A stretch of DNA of 64,000 nucleotides from Nitrospirota bacterium (GCA_963788195.1 CAWBGA010000002.1:224001-288000); one strand, 5' to 3'; shown: positions 1 to 10,496, counted from the first letter of the stretch. Translations and numbers: made by a program. Notes: generated by a model not told the origin, from the sequence alone.

Positions 1-522
1 GAAGAATTGGGTTACAAGCTGACCGACGAAGAGCTCGGCAAGGCATTCGAGCGTTTTAAAAAGCTGGCCGATCAGAAAAAGGAAGTGTACGAAGAGGACC
101 TCGAGGTGATTCTCTCGGAAGAGCTTCGCGCGGTTCCCGAGACCTACAAACTCAGGTCCCTGCGCGTTGAAAGCGGCACGAATCTCGTTCCGAAGGCTGA
201 AATTGAGCTCGAAATAGACGGCAAGCCCTTCCGGCAGATAGGCAACGGCGATGGCCCTGTGGACGCCGCGTATCGGACGATCGCGATCATGACCGAGACC
301 AAGAGCACGCTATTGACCTATGTCGTGAAAGCGATCACCGGCGGCACCGACGCGCAAGGTGAGGTGATGGTGAAAGTGGAAGAGGGCTCAAAGACCGTGA
401 TCGGTCACGGGTCGGACACTGATATTATTGTCGCCTCAGCCAAGGCCTACTTAAACGCGCTCAACAAGCTTGTTCACTGGAAGACACGCAAGGACGAAAC
501 GATCAGCTACAAACAGGCCTAG
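1..522 (+). CDS. leuA: 2-isopropylmalate synthase, C-terminal allosteric domain (5' truncated by window)
   Basis: FKKLADQKKEV, GDGPVDA, AITGGTDAQGEV, DTDIIVASAKAYLNALNK are typical of the LeuA regulatory domain; frame open from base 1. Confidence 0.93.
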   Translation, partial: EELGYKLTDEELGKAFERFKKLADQKKEVYEEDLEVILSEELRAVPETYKLRSLRVESGTNLVPKAEIELEIDGKPFRQIGNGDGPVDAAYRTIAIMTETKSTLLTYVVKAITGGTDAQGEVMVKVEEGSKTVIGHGSDTDIIVASAKAYLNALNKLVHWKTRKDETISYKQA

Positions 523-547
523 CCTGGTTTACACTCGTCGCGATTCC

Positions 548-2440
548 TCAGACGCCTTCAAGACGGAGAATGTGCACACGACCCGAGGTTTCGCCTGCAA
601 CAATTGTGTGTCCATCTTGACCCACAGAACAGGAGGTGATTCCCCCGTCGCCGTTAAAAGTCGCAAGCAATTTTCCACTCGTCACCTCCCACACCCGCAG
701 GGTGTCGTCCTCTGACGCAGAAATCGTGTACCGGCCATCCGGCGTGATGGTCATCCCGCTGACCAAGTCCGTGTGGCCGACCAACCCCCGCACCTCTCAT
801 TCCCGTGTCGACGTCCCATACTTTCAACGTATCATCGTAAGACGCAGAAATTGCGTACCGGCCATCCGGAGTGACGGCTACCGCCCTCACCCAATTCGTG
901 TGGCCGGCGAGAGTCCGCACTTCGGCTCCCGTGTCGAGGTCCCACACTTTCAACATATCATCGTAAGAACCCGAGATCGCATACCGACCGTCAGGTGTCA
1001 CGGTTAGCGCCCTCACCCAGTTCGTGTGACCCGTGAGAGTCCTTACATCCGCGCCTGTATCCACGTCCCACACTTTCAACGTCTGATCCGCGGACGTGGA
1101 GATCGCATACCGGCCGTTGGGAGTCATGGTTACTGAATTGACTCCGCCTGAGTGGCCACTGAGGGTCCGCACTTCTGCTCCGGTGTCGACGTCCCACACT
1201 TTCAGCATGTGATCAGCAGACGCTGAGATCGCATACCGGCCGTTCGGTGTTACCGTCACCGCGCTGACCGAGTCCGTATGGCCGGCGAGAGTCCGCACCT
1301 CCGTCCCCGTGTCCAGGTCCCACATTTTTAACGTGTGATCGTAAGACGCCGAGATTGCGTAGCGGCCGTTGGGCGTCACGGCCACCGCCGTGACCGTAGC
1401 CATGTGACCTGTCAGGGTTCGCACCTCAGTCCCGGTTTCCACATTCCACACCTTTAATGTGTGGTCGTAAGACGCTGAGACCGCATACCGGCTGTTTGGC
1501 GTCACGGTCACCGCCGTGACCTTCGCCGTGTGGCCCGCGCGGCTCAGTTCCTGCGCTTTCGCCGTATCGAGGTTCCACACTTTCAAGTGTCTCATCAGTA
1601 GACGCCGAGATCGCATAGCTGCCGTTGACCGTCAGGGTGACAGCGTTGACCGAGTCTGTGTGGCCCAAGAGAGTTTGCAACTTCGTCCCCGTGTCGATGT
1701 CCCACACGTTCAACGTCTTATCGCTGGAGGCCGAGATCGCGTACCGGCCGTCCGGCGTAACGGCCACAGCATTGACCGCGCGCGCGTGGCCGGTGAGAGT
1801 TCGCACGTGTGTCCCTGTCTCCACCTCCCACACTTTCAATGTCTGATCGTCAGATGTAGAGATCGCGTACCGGCCATTGGGCGTCACGGTCACGGCACTG
1901 ACCGATCGCGTATGACCGATGAGAGTCCGCACCTCTAATCCCCGTGCCAATGTCCCATACCTTTAAGGTCTGATCGTTGGACGCTGAAATCGCGTACCGG
2001 CCGTCCGGTGTCACGGCCACCGCATTGACGGCATCCGTGTGACCGGCAAGGGTCCGAACCGGCGTCCCTGTGTCGAGGCTCCAGATTTTCAACGTTTCAT
2101 CGTAGGACGCCGAGATCGCGTAGCGCCCGTCGGGTGTCACGACGACTGCACTGACCGAGTCCGTGTGCCCGGAGAGAGTCCGGATTTCCGTCCCCGTGGC
2201 GAGGTCCCACACTTTCAGCGTGTCATCGTAGGATGCCGAAATCGCGCACCGAGCGTCGGGGGTCACGGCCACTCCTCGCACCCAGCTCGTGTGGCCCGCG
2301 AGGGTCCGTACTTCCGCGCCCACGTCAACATCCCATACTTTCAAGGTGTGATCATCAGAGGCGGAAATCGCGTACCGACCATCCGGCGACAGTGCGACCG
2401 CCGATACCGACAGTGTGTGGCCCGCGAGGGTGCGCACGAG
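548..2440 (-). repeat. Intragenic tandem WD40 array, ~126 bp (42 aa) unit, 14 canonical + 1 degenerate repeat
   Basis: Consensus EVRTLxGHTxxVxAVxVTPxGRYAISASxDxTLKVWD counted across the joined fragments. Confidence 0.92.
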
Positions 2441-4379
2441 TGCGCCGCCAGGCGGTGTAAGCATTGCGTTGAGGGGACGCAGCCATACAGAGCCCCGCCA
2501 TTGTGCGGCCTGATCCCTCAGGTGTTGAGTGGCCTGGGAAGCGTCAATCGGCAATCGCCCCAGTAGCTGTCCTGCGAATTGGCTTTTGTCGCGAGCCAGC
2601 ACATGCGCCGACAGCCGAATCGCCCCACAGGGTAGAGACAAATGAACATCATCGACAAGAGCGTCATAGTCGTTGATCAAATCTGCAATGTTTGTCGCCT
2701 GAAGCTTGGCGTTGATCCATCCAAAGTCAGTGAGAAGAGTTCGTAACTCATCTTTTCGCCCTGCCTTCAGAAGGTGGTAGTCGAGTCGCTGGAAGAAATA
2801 TCCATCGTTGGCGCCTTTCTCCCAATGCCCTCCTGATTTCTCAAAGTACGCGTCAAGCAAAGCTTGGTTCAACCCGCTGGGATCTGCTTGCGCAGCCTGC
2901 AGGTAATCGTATTGCAGGTGATGCATCGTAATGTGACGACCTGGAGACTCGCCGGTCACTCGTATCAGAGCCGTGCATTCGAGCGTCGTCAGGAATTTTC
3001 GTGCGTCACGGTCCTTCATCGCGCCCGTATGGTGCCACAAGGTCACAATCGCGGCCTCCGGAACTACAGCATTGCCGGGAAAGACCGCCAGTTCATGGTA
3101 CCGAGTCGCGGCGGATGGCTCTGTCCGGGTCAATACATCCACGCTCACCTTTAACGACTTCATCACATCGGAATAGGGATAGTTGGGAAAGGTCTTTTCC
3201 AAAAAGCTCAGGTCCGCTTCGCGCAATGCGTCCAGGAGATCGGCCCAGGGAGTGCCGTCGCGCACCATCGCTCCACACAGGGACAGCGCAAACGGCTGGT
3301 TGCCGCACTCTTTAATAAGGAGAGGCGCCTGTTCCGGCAGCTGCTTGAACAGGTTGGCCGCACCAACCTGCCAACAGCTTGAGGGCCTCTGCATCATTGA
3401 GGACGTCTATTTGACACGCCTGGGCGCCCACCGCCGTCACTAATCCGCGATCCCGTGTGGTGAGCAGCACGCGACACCGGGGACCGATGGCATTTATAAA
3501 CGGCTCTGCGCTGGACACGTCCCACATGTCGTCAAGAACGAGCAGACAGTTCTTGTCCGCCAGCACCTGTACCAAACGGCTCTTGGCGGAAGTGATATCA
3601 ATATATTGAGCCGGATTATCGTCGAACGCCAAGCCGACCTGCCGCATGTTTTGTAATAGGTGCGGCTCCTGTCCTATGGTGAGCCACAGGACCCCGTCAC
3701 TAAATGCTCGCCGCGTATGCGTCGCACGAGCAAATGCCGCGGCCACGACGGATTTCCCCACCCCCGCCATTCCCTGGAGCGCGGTCGTTTGCTTGCGAGA
3801 CGTCACGACGGTTGGCTGTTGAATATCGAGAAGCACCGTCTTTCCGATTGCCTCAATATCCTCAAGTCGAAGCAGGAAGTAAGGTGGCAAAGAGGGGACG
3901 AGCGTCAGGAGCCTTCCCGGCTCCACAACCGGCGTCGAAAGAACGCGGAGTAATTCGTCCAGTGCCTCCTGGTAAGGGCGGGACTCACGAAAGTCCGGGG
4001 CATGCGATTTAGACAGACTGCTGGAATCGACGTAGCCCGCCTCAGGCAGCATCGATACCGCGCCCTTGCTGAAGTACTGAGCCCAATCCGGATATTCGCC
4101 TTGTCGGAGAATCGGCACAATGCCTTTGCTGAACAATAAGGCATGCTCCCACTCGGCGCGCACGTATTCGGACGTAAGGGCATGGGGGCCGATGACGGCA
4201 ATGACACGGTTCGATCCTTCGATCGCATCACGGATTTCCTGCAAAAAGGTCAGGCCCCGGCTCTCCATGGCCTGACGATCCCACCACACGTCGATGCCGT
4301 GTTGCTTTAAATCCTGATAGAGCTGTTTGACAAACGGCTCGTCATCGCCGCGCGCATAGGAGATAAAAATTCCGGCCAT
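548..4379 (-). CDS. TIR - NB-ARC - APAF-1-like helical - WD40 STAND protein (~1275 aa after repairing four +1 frameshifts near 3348, 1940, 1586, 797)
   Basis: TIR IFISYAR...VWWD...SEYVRAE; Walker A GMAGVGKS, Walker B LLVLDDMW, LLTTR, ECGNQPFAL, MHH; helical domain YFFQRLDYHL...FGWINAKL; five ORF fragments join by removing one base at each junction. Confidence 0.88.
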
Positions 4380-4436
4380 CCCTGGTCCCCTGCGCTTGAG
4401 TAGTCCTCTGGAGCCCCGGAGAGATTGATCGGCGCA

Positions 4437-4465
4437 ATGCTAGCAGCTTTTGAGAAACATGTCAG
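4437..4465 (-). promoter_or_regulatory. Candidate sigma70 promoter of the TIR-STAND gene
   Basis: Minus strand CTGACA-N17-TAGCAT with TG extended -10, about 57 nt upstream of ATG. Confidence 0.35.
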
Positions 4466-4530
4466 GAGGGAAAACAGTACTAAAAATTATGGGGTTCTTC
4501 GCTAGTGCTCAGGATAATGAGCGGGGCTCG

Positions 4531-4834
4531 TCATTTAAAGAGCTTTAGGACTCCGCCCAAAAGTCCTTCCTTGCGCGATAACTGCTCCAGCTCGCCGGCA
4601 TCCAGCCAGATCCCCTCGCAGTTCATGCAGCGGTCGATCTTCACGCCCTTGAGATCCATTTCGACCAGAGACTGCCCGCATTTGGGGCAGTGCATAAAAT
4701 GCAGGTCCTTGAGCCGTTGCTTCTCCTCGGATGCCATGGACGATTGCGTGGCTTCGGCTTCACGGCGTCTTTTTTCGATCATCTGGCGCGCGAAATATTC
4801 TTCTTCTTTCTCACTGAGTTTATTCAGATCCCAT
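4531..4834 (-). CDS. zf-TFIIB-like zinc-ribbon protein (~100 aa; +1 G right after ATG)
   Basis: CPKC...IDRCMNCEGIWLDAGELEQL; GGAGA RBS before ATG at 4834; removing one G of ATGGG gives MDLNKLSEKEEEYF. Confidence 0.75.
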
Positions 4835-4855
4835 ACGGTTTCTCCAGAGTAATGA

Positions 4856-5089
4856 TCATTGCTGGCGATTAGCCCGGCGCGCGCGAATGACCAGGAAGAG
4901 TGAGCGACCACCTTGAAACAAAACATAGATAAAGAGGCCAAAAAAAACCGCGTTCCATCCGATGTCCTGCCACTGTTTGGGGGAAGGATCGTGCAGGACT
5001 ACCCCAAGCGCGACATGACCCCCTAGCCCGATGCTGAGAGCAAAAATGATCCATTCTCTCGCCCACACCGCTTTTTTTTCCTGTTGCAT
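4856..5089 (-). CDS. Small membrane hypothetical protein (2 TM)
   Basis: Two hydrophobic stretches; in-frame ATG at 5089; same strand as neighbours. Confidence 0.55.
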   Translation of the reverse strand: MQQEKKAVWAREWIIFALSIGLGGHVALGVVLHDPSPKQWQDIGWNAVFFGLFIYVLFQGGRSLFLVIRARRANRQQ

Positions 5090-5258
5090 TGAACCGTATC
5101 CCTGTAAAGACCCTCCTTTATTGTACCTGCCGGTCCTCGATCTTGCCAAGGCACATTCTTTTTCGGAAAGCGGCCCGCCAGAAGTGCATGCGGTTTCGAA
5201 ACGGGGACAGATTTATTTTTCGAAGGTAGGCGCCGGCAGGACCAAGGGGATCTGGAAT

Positions 5259-7296
5259 CTAGCCAATCAGCGATGTGGGATCGACATCCACATCGTACCG
5301 TAGCTTGCCCGCACGGCCTTCGGCTTCCACCGTGACCAGTGATTTTCGAACCGCTTCCCTCATGCGCGGGCCATCTTCGCCTTTGACGATAAGTTGACGT
5401 CGAAACCGGCCACGAAGTCGGGGAGGCAACGCCGGGATGGGGCCGAGTAGTTGTATTGAAGAAGGTGCGCTTTTCACCTACGAGCTTCTTGATTTCCAGC
5501 CGTAGCGCCGTTGCCCAACGCTCGGCAGCTGTGGCAACGGCCTCATCCCGTATCCCTGTCACACGTAGGCCTATGAGCCGGCCAAAGGGAGGATAGCCCA
5601 GTGCTGCGCGCGCAGCGAGTTCGCTGTCATAGAACACCGAAGGATCGTGGGCGGCGAGCGCGCGGATGACGTGATGATCCGGCATATACGTTTGAATTAT
5701 GACCTCGGCGGTCAAAGTATCTTCGGGCGCGAGGGTCATCACCTCTCGCAAAGTATGATATGCACGCTCTGCAGCCAGAAAATCCGGCTGGTGCAGAGCT
5801 GTATCCGGCGCCAAGATGCCGATGAATGAGAACACGGGACGGGGGACGACGGTCAAAACCAGTTGCGTAGCGATAAGAATATCGTAGTCGTTGGCCTGAA
5901 AATGAGCCGACAGCCCGGCGTCCTTCGTTTTTCCGCGAGCGCCGGCACGCTCTACGCGTAGAAGCCGGGCCTGTGGGAACCGACGCTGTAATGCCTCTTC
6001 AGCCGCTTCCGTTCCCAGGCCGGAGGGATGGAGACGAGGTCCTCCGCAGGCCGGACAAACCGACGGCGCTATCTCCTGCTGCCCACAGTGACTGCAGCGC
6101 AACATGGCCTCTTTTTTGTGAAAGGTCCAACCCAATCCGCACGCCGTACAACGCAGGGCTTCTCCGCAATCGCGGCAAAACAGAACCGACGCGTAGCCCT
6201 TCCGATTCAGAAATAGCAAGACTCTCTGGCGAGCCGCGAGGCGTTGCGCAATGGCCTCCACCATCGGGGCAGACAAGATCTCGCCGGATGTACCGCGCAA
6301 GTTTATGGTGCGGACTGGCGGGAGGCTCCTCCCCGTACCGGGACCCAGCCAGGCCGTCCCGGGATTGTGGGTGGCGTGCACGGATTCCAAAGAAGGATGA
6401 GCGGACCCCAACAAGAGCACCGCTTGGAGTTCGCGCGCGCGCTGCGTTGCGACCACACGGGCATCGTATCTGGGAACATTTTCAGCTTTGTAGGCCCCAT
6501 GATCTTCCTGGTCAATGAGCAGCAACCCCAGATCCACCACCGGCGCAAACACAGCCGAGCGGGTACCGATCACAAGCCGCGCCTCACCTCGCTGGATTCT
6601 TGCCCAAGAATTTCTTCGTTCGGACATCGAAAGCTGGCCGTGGTACGTTTCGCTTGGCACTTTACCGCCGTCGGAAAGTACTCGCCGAAGTGGCTCCACC
6701 TGATGGATCTCCGGCACTAAAACCAACGCGCTTCGCTGCGTTTGCAACGTGGTACGTACCGCCTCCATATACAATTCGATGAGATCCCGGGTGGAACCAG
6801 GCAGCAAAACAGTATGGTGTCGACGGTCCCCAATGGCCGTCAGGACTTCGTCGCGAAGAGGCGCGAGGACCGGCGAAATTACATGCCCGTCGGTAAGAAC
6901 GGGTACGGGCGCCGGCGGGGAAGACTCCATCTGTGGAGTGGCCGCCCGGGTCTGTTTTTCGACCTGGCTGGGGAACACCAGGCGCAGGCACTGTCCTAGA
7001 GGCGCCAGATAGCGGTCGGCGACCCACCTGGCCAGGGCCAGGAGTTGCGCGCTGACGACGGGCGTGTCATCGAGGCGGGCAAGGATAGGCTTGAGATGCT
7101 TGCCGGCACTGTCACTATCCGGCTCTGACGTGACGCCGAGTATATAGCCTACGAGAATTTCGGAGCCGAAAGGAATGCGAACGCGCATGCCCGGTGCCCA
7201 TGGCCCGGGAAGGCCTTCAGGTATCGAATACGTAAACACCCGGAAAAGACGACGCGGGACAGCCACCTCGAGGTACTGGCGCTGGAGCGTGGGCAA
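5259..7296 (-). CDS. priA: Primosomal protein N' (PriA) with degenerate helicase motifs (~678 aa; +1 frameshift near 5472)
   Basis: FTYSIP...GMRVRIPFG 3'-binding domain, GTRSAVFAP, RYDAR, FLNRKGY, four CxxC pairs, GYPPF; C-terminus LGPIPA...RGRFRRQL...DVDP in shifted frame. Confidence 0.88.
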
Positions 7297-7309
7297 GTGC
7301 GAAAAGGAG

Positions 7310-7621
7310 CTACGGGGTTACTATTTTAAGCGCTTGATATTTGCCTGCCGCGACCTGAAATTCAACTGTCACCTTGTCGCCTTGCGTGAGATCTTGAAGG
7401 GATCGACGACTTCCGCTGAAGGCGGTGGCGCTGTCAACCACGAAGGTGAAACGATTGCCGTCGGGTTTCTTCACCGTCAGTTTTTTTGCCGCCACGTCGA
7501 CCTTCAGTACTTCACCGGCGAACTGTTCTGCCGCGGACACGACTGAAGACATGGCCAGCCACAGGAACACGCTGAGCACAATTGCGAAGCGGTTGCGTTG
7601 GGAACAAGCCGGTTGCTGCAT
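7310..7621 (-). CDS. Small exported protein, probable OB-fold (DUF5666/DUF1344-like)
   Basis: Signal peptide then GEVLKVD...LTVK...LQDLTQGDKVTVEF. Confidence 0.6.
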   Translation of the reverse strand: MQQPACSQRNRFAIVLSVFLWLAMSSVVSAAEQFAGEVLKVDVAAKKLTVKKPDGNRFTFVVDSATAFSGSRRSLQDLTQGDKVTVEFQVAAGKYQALKIVTP

Positions 7622-7629
7622 AACGCAGG

Positions 7630-8493
7630 CTATCGGACCTCCTCCGGCGGACGGATCTCAGTGTTAGGGTCAGTATTAGGGTCCTGCACGGGCGGGCTGG
7701 GCCTACGAAGCAATCGGGTGACCAGGTCACCACGGTGAACTGCATCGATGCTCTTCACAATCATGGTAGTGGCACTTCGTTGCTGCACAGAAAGGACTCT
7801 GAGCTCGGCCAATGCGTAATCAGGCAAGAAGGTTTTCCTCGATTCGCGGGAGCCTTTACGAATCACTTTCAATCGATCCCCGACCTCAAGGCCGTCATGG
7901 GCACCCAGATCGATATAGACGATTTCGCCTTGCGCCGTCAACTCTCCGCCTTCCTCAGATTGAACGACGGCTCCCGTAATAGGTTCGTCGGACTTGCCTG
8001 CTTCCGGCACCTCGGACGGGAGCTCATAGAGCATAACGGTATCTCCCGGCTTCAGGGCGTCGAGAGGCTGGATCACACGGGCCTCGGCCACCCGGTCCTT
8101 CGGTTCCGAGGTGACCTCCAGGATTCCGAGAATCTTGACGACCCGGCCCATATAGGCGTTGGTGAGGGGGTGAAAGACCACCTTAGTCATGCTGTACGCA
8201 GTCAGCCAGTCTCCCGGGCGAACATCGAGGTTTCGTATAAAACGAATGTAGAGGGTGTCGCCCGCGCCAAAGTAAGTCTTTGCTTCGCGCGCTCCGATGA
8301 CGGAGCCGACGACCTTTTCTACCGGGATGATATAACCCCCCTGAAAAGCCAAGGCTTGATCGCTGGTGGGCCGCGTACGGTGGAAACTAGTGCCCTCAGC
8401 GGCCATGACGGAGGACGATAACAGGACGCTTGCGAGGAGAAACAGTGTTGCCTTCAGGTAACCAGGTGACATTTCAAGGCGGATCGTGCTCAT
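7630..8493 (-). CDS. Exported protein with two FlgT-C/TsaP-like beta-barrel modules
   Basis: Signal peptide; GEIVYIDLGAHDGLEVGDRL...AELRVLSV...SATTMIVKS...GDLV and a related first module; no LysM seen. Confidence 0.6.
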   Translation of the reverse strand: MSTIRLEMSPGYLKATLFLLASVLLSSSVMAAEGTSFHRTRPTSDQALAFQGGYIIPVEKVVGSVIGAREAKTYFGAGDTLYIRFIRNLDVRPGDWLTAYSMTKVVFHPLTNAYMGRVVKILGILEVTSEPKDRVAEARVIQPLDALKPGDTVMLYELPSEVPEAGKSDEPITGAVVQSEEGGELTAQGEIVYIDLGAHDGLEVGDRLKVIRKGSRESRKTFLPDYALAELRVLSVQQRSATTMIVKSIDAVHRGDLVTRLLRRPSPPVQDPNTDPNTEIRPPEEVR

Positions 8494-8520
8494 GAGAGAC
8501 CTCCATTTACAGATGTACGG

Positions 8521-8590
8521 AGCATAACAGATCCGGTAATCATGTCAATGTTTTTACTTAATTGACGAGGGGTTAGCAAGGTGTTACGGT
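8521..8590. promoter_or_regulatory. Back-to-back divergent sigma70-like promoters
   Basis: Minus: TTGACA(8548-8543)-N16-TATGCT with TG; plus: TTGACG(8562)-N17-TACGGT(8585-8590). Confidence 0.45.
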
Positions 8591-8595
8591 GCGGC

Positions 8596-9096
8596 ATGCG
8601 ATGGCTTCAAAGCACAGCACTGGCCTTGTTCCCGTGGGCGTTGGTCATGGCCTCTGATGAGGCGTCCAGAGGATCGACGGGCGATTTAGTGGTAGGAGCT
8701 CCGGTGTTCAGCCTTCCTCAGGAGCCGGAGGAATTCGATCGGCGAGAAGTGGAGGCATATTACGACTGGCGGAACAACTTATTTTTTCGACGCTTCAGCA
8801 TGTCCGGCAGCGAAGACCAAACGACTTTTATGACGGCCCGCCGCACGTATAAGGTCTCGGTCAACCGATATGGCTATGAAGTCGCGGTGACGTTTGCCAA
8901 TCCACTATTCTACTGGTTGGATCTGAATGGAAACGGAGAGTTTGAGACAGGGCAAGGAGAGATGTGGATCGATATCGAAGAGGATGGTGTTAACGGCAAT
9001 GAGAAACTGTATGATCCAATAGTCAAGGAAGACACTCCTCGCGGCCCCATCCCGACTCCTCCTATGCCTTTGCCGGGGCCACAACAGAGGCTGTGA
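8596..9096 (+). CDS. Exported hypothetical protein with Dx[DN]xDG-like loop and Pro-rich tail
   Basis: Signal-like N-terminus; YWLDLNGNGEF; in-frame ATG at 8596. Confidence 0.65.
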   Translation: MRWLQSTALALFPWALVMASDEASRGSTGDLVVGAPVFSLPQEPEEFDRREVEAYYDWRNNLFFRRFSMSGSEDQTTFMTARRTYKVSVNRYGYEVAVTFANPLFYWLDLNGNGEFETGQGEMWIDIEEDGVNGNEKLYDPIVKEDTPRGPIPTPPMPLPGPQQRL

Positions 9097-9099
9097 ACG

Positions 9100-9327
9100 A
9101 TGGCCAAAGATGACCACAGAACCCTGACCAATCAACCGGACCCCCCGGACTTCAGTGCATCTAAGCCGAAGCGTATTAGAACGCAAATTCATCGTCGGAC
9201 CAAGTCCTCGGGACCGCTCCGGGATCAATGGAGTCCTGCATCCGAAAATCCCTCCGAGGGGACTCTTAGGACCCCTTCCGATAGACGCGATAAGATGATG
9301 CGCCGGCGCCCGCGGGACCCTCTTTAG
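9100..9327 (+). CDS. Possible small basic hypothetical protein
   Basis: ATG 3 nt after upstream stop; no recognisable motif. Confidence 0.3.
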   Translation: MAKDDHRTLTNQPDPPDFSASKPKRIRTQIHRRTKSSGPLRDQWSPASENPSEGTLRTPSDRRDKMMRRRPRDPL

Positions 9328-9506
9328 GGAACCCGCTTATCCGTCCTCCGATCTTGGGGCTTTTTGTAATTATCAGCGGGTTTTATGGGCGCTTGCAGGG
9401 GAAACGCATGCCGTGAGAGTCTAAGCACAGAAAAGTATCCCCCGGCGGCCTTAAATAATCATCAGGCCCGGGTCGAGCAAGCTCTGTTTCTAGGTCTTTT
9501 GCCCGC

Positions 9507-9536
9507 TTGCTTTGCATAAAATCGCGATGTTAGACT
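9507..9536 (+). promoter_or_regulatory. Candidate sigma70 promoter of nuo operon
   Basis: TTGCTT-N18-TAGACT with TG extended -10, 55 nt before nuoA ATG. Confidence 0.4.
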
Positions 9537-9591
9537 GCTTTTCGCTCGTAACAGGACAGTCACTAAGTAGCGAGAATAACTGAGAGAGCTC

Positions 9592-9975
9592 ATGCGGAAC
9601 GCTGACCAGCTTCTGCCGTATCTGTCTAATTATTTTCCGATTTTGGCGTTTATCGTGGTGGCGTTTCTGTTCGGCGTTGGCACCTTGGTGCTCAGCTACT
9701 TTGTGCATCCCAAACTGCCCGATGCAGAGAAATTGAGTGTGTACGAGTGCGGAAGTGAGCCATTTTCGGACGCGCGTATGCCGTTTCCGGTCCGGTACTA
9801 CATTATTGCCATGTTATTCGTTATCTTCGACATTGAAATCATTTTTCTTTATCCATGGGCGGTTGCGTTTGACAAGGTCGGCATCATCGGCATGATTGAG
9901 ATGACTATCTTTATCGTGCTGTTCGTGGTGGGTTATGTGTATGCCTGGAAGAAAGGCGCCTTAGAATGGGATTAA
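9592..9975 (+). CDS. nuoA: NADH-quinone oxidoreductase subunit A
   Basis: [27 protein letters not shown]. Confidence 0.96.
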   Translation: MRNADQLLPYLSNYFPILAFIVVAFLFGVGTLVLSYFVHPKLPDAEKLSVYECGSEPFSDARMPFPVRYYIIAMLFVIFDIEIIFLYPWAVAFDKVGIIGMIEMTIFIVLFVVGYVYAWKKGALEWD

Positions 9976-10496
9976 CTCCCCTTATCCAAGTCGGCCGTGG
10001 CCATGAGAAAGATAGCGGCCTGGGCATCCACCTGTTGACCCTCGAAAAGGCGGTCAATTGGGCCCGTAAAGGGTCGCTCTGGCCGATGACTTTCGGCCTT
10101 GCGTGCTGCGCGATTGAGATGATTGCGGCTGTATCCGCCCGGTACGATATCGATCGCTACGGCGCGGGGGTTTTTCGTGCGTCGCCCCGCCAGTCCGACC
10201 TCATGATTGTCGCCGGGACCGTATGCGTCCGCATGGCTCCCGTCATTAGAAAAATCTATGATCAAATGCCGGAACCCCGCTACGTCATCGCCATGGGGTC
10301 ATGCGCCACATCCGGGAACATCTATGACAGCTACAGTGTGGTCCAGGGCGTGGACCGCTTTGTTCCCGTGGACATGTACGTGCCGGGCTGCCCGCCGACG
10401 CCCGAAGCCCTGTTCGATGGCATACTGAAATTGCAGGAGGAGATCATGAAGCGGCGGGTCTTCTACAAAAAGCCTCCGGAATCGGTTCAGGTATAA
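9966..10496 (+). CDS. nuoB: NADH-quinone oxidoreductase subunit B
   Basis: [29 protein letters not shown]. Confidence 0.96.
   Translation: MGLTPLIQVGRGHEKDSGLGIHLLTLEKAVNWARKGSLWPMTFGLACCAIEMIAAVSARYDIDRYGAGVFRASPRQSDLMIVAGTVCVRMAPVIRKIYDQMPEPRYVIAMGSCATSGNIYDSYSVVQGVDRFVPVDMYVPGCPPTPEALFDGILKLQEEIMKRRVFYKKPPESVQV

Noticed and set aside
548..2440. Regular ~126-bp periodicity resembling a CRISPR array or DGR template
   Set aside because: Units translate as WD40 repeats; no unique spacers, cas genes or reverse transcriptase
548..4379. Programmed frameshifting or phase variation of the STAND gene
   Set aside because: Junctions lack canonical slippery heptamers or long tracts and match the window-wide error pattern
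4531..5089. Zinc-ribbon and small membrane genes as partners of the TIR-STAND protein
   Set aside because: Separated by 151 nt containing a candidate promoter; only proximity supports a link
9170..9366. Possible riboswitch or ncRNA upstream of nuoA (hairpin GCGGGACCCT...AGGGAACCCGC, later T-run)
   Set aside because: No RNA family recognised; overlaps a short ORF; needs an Rfam search
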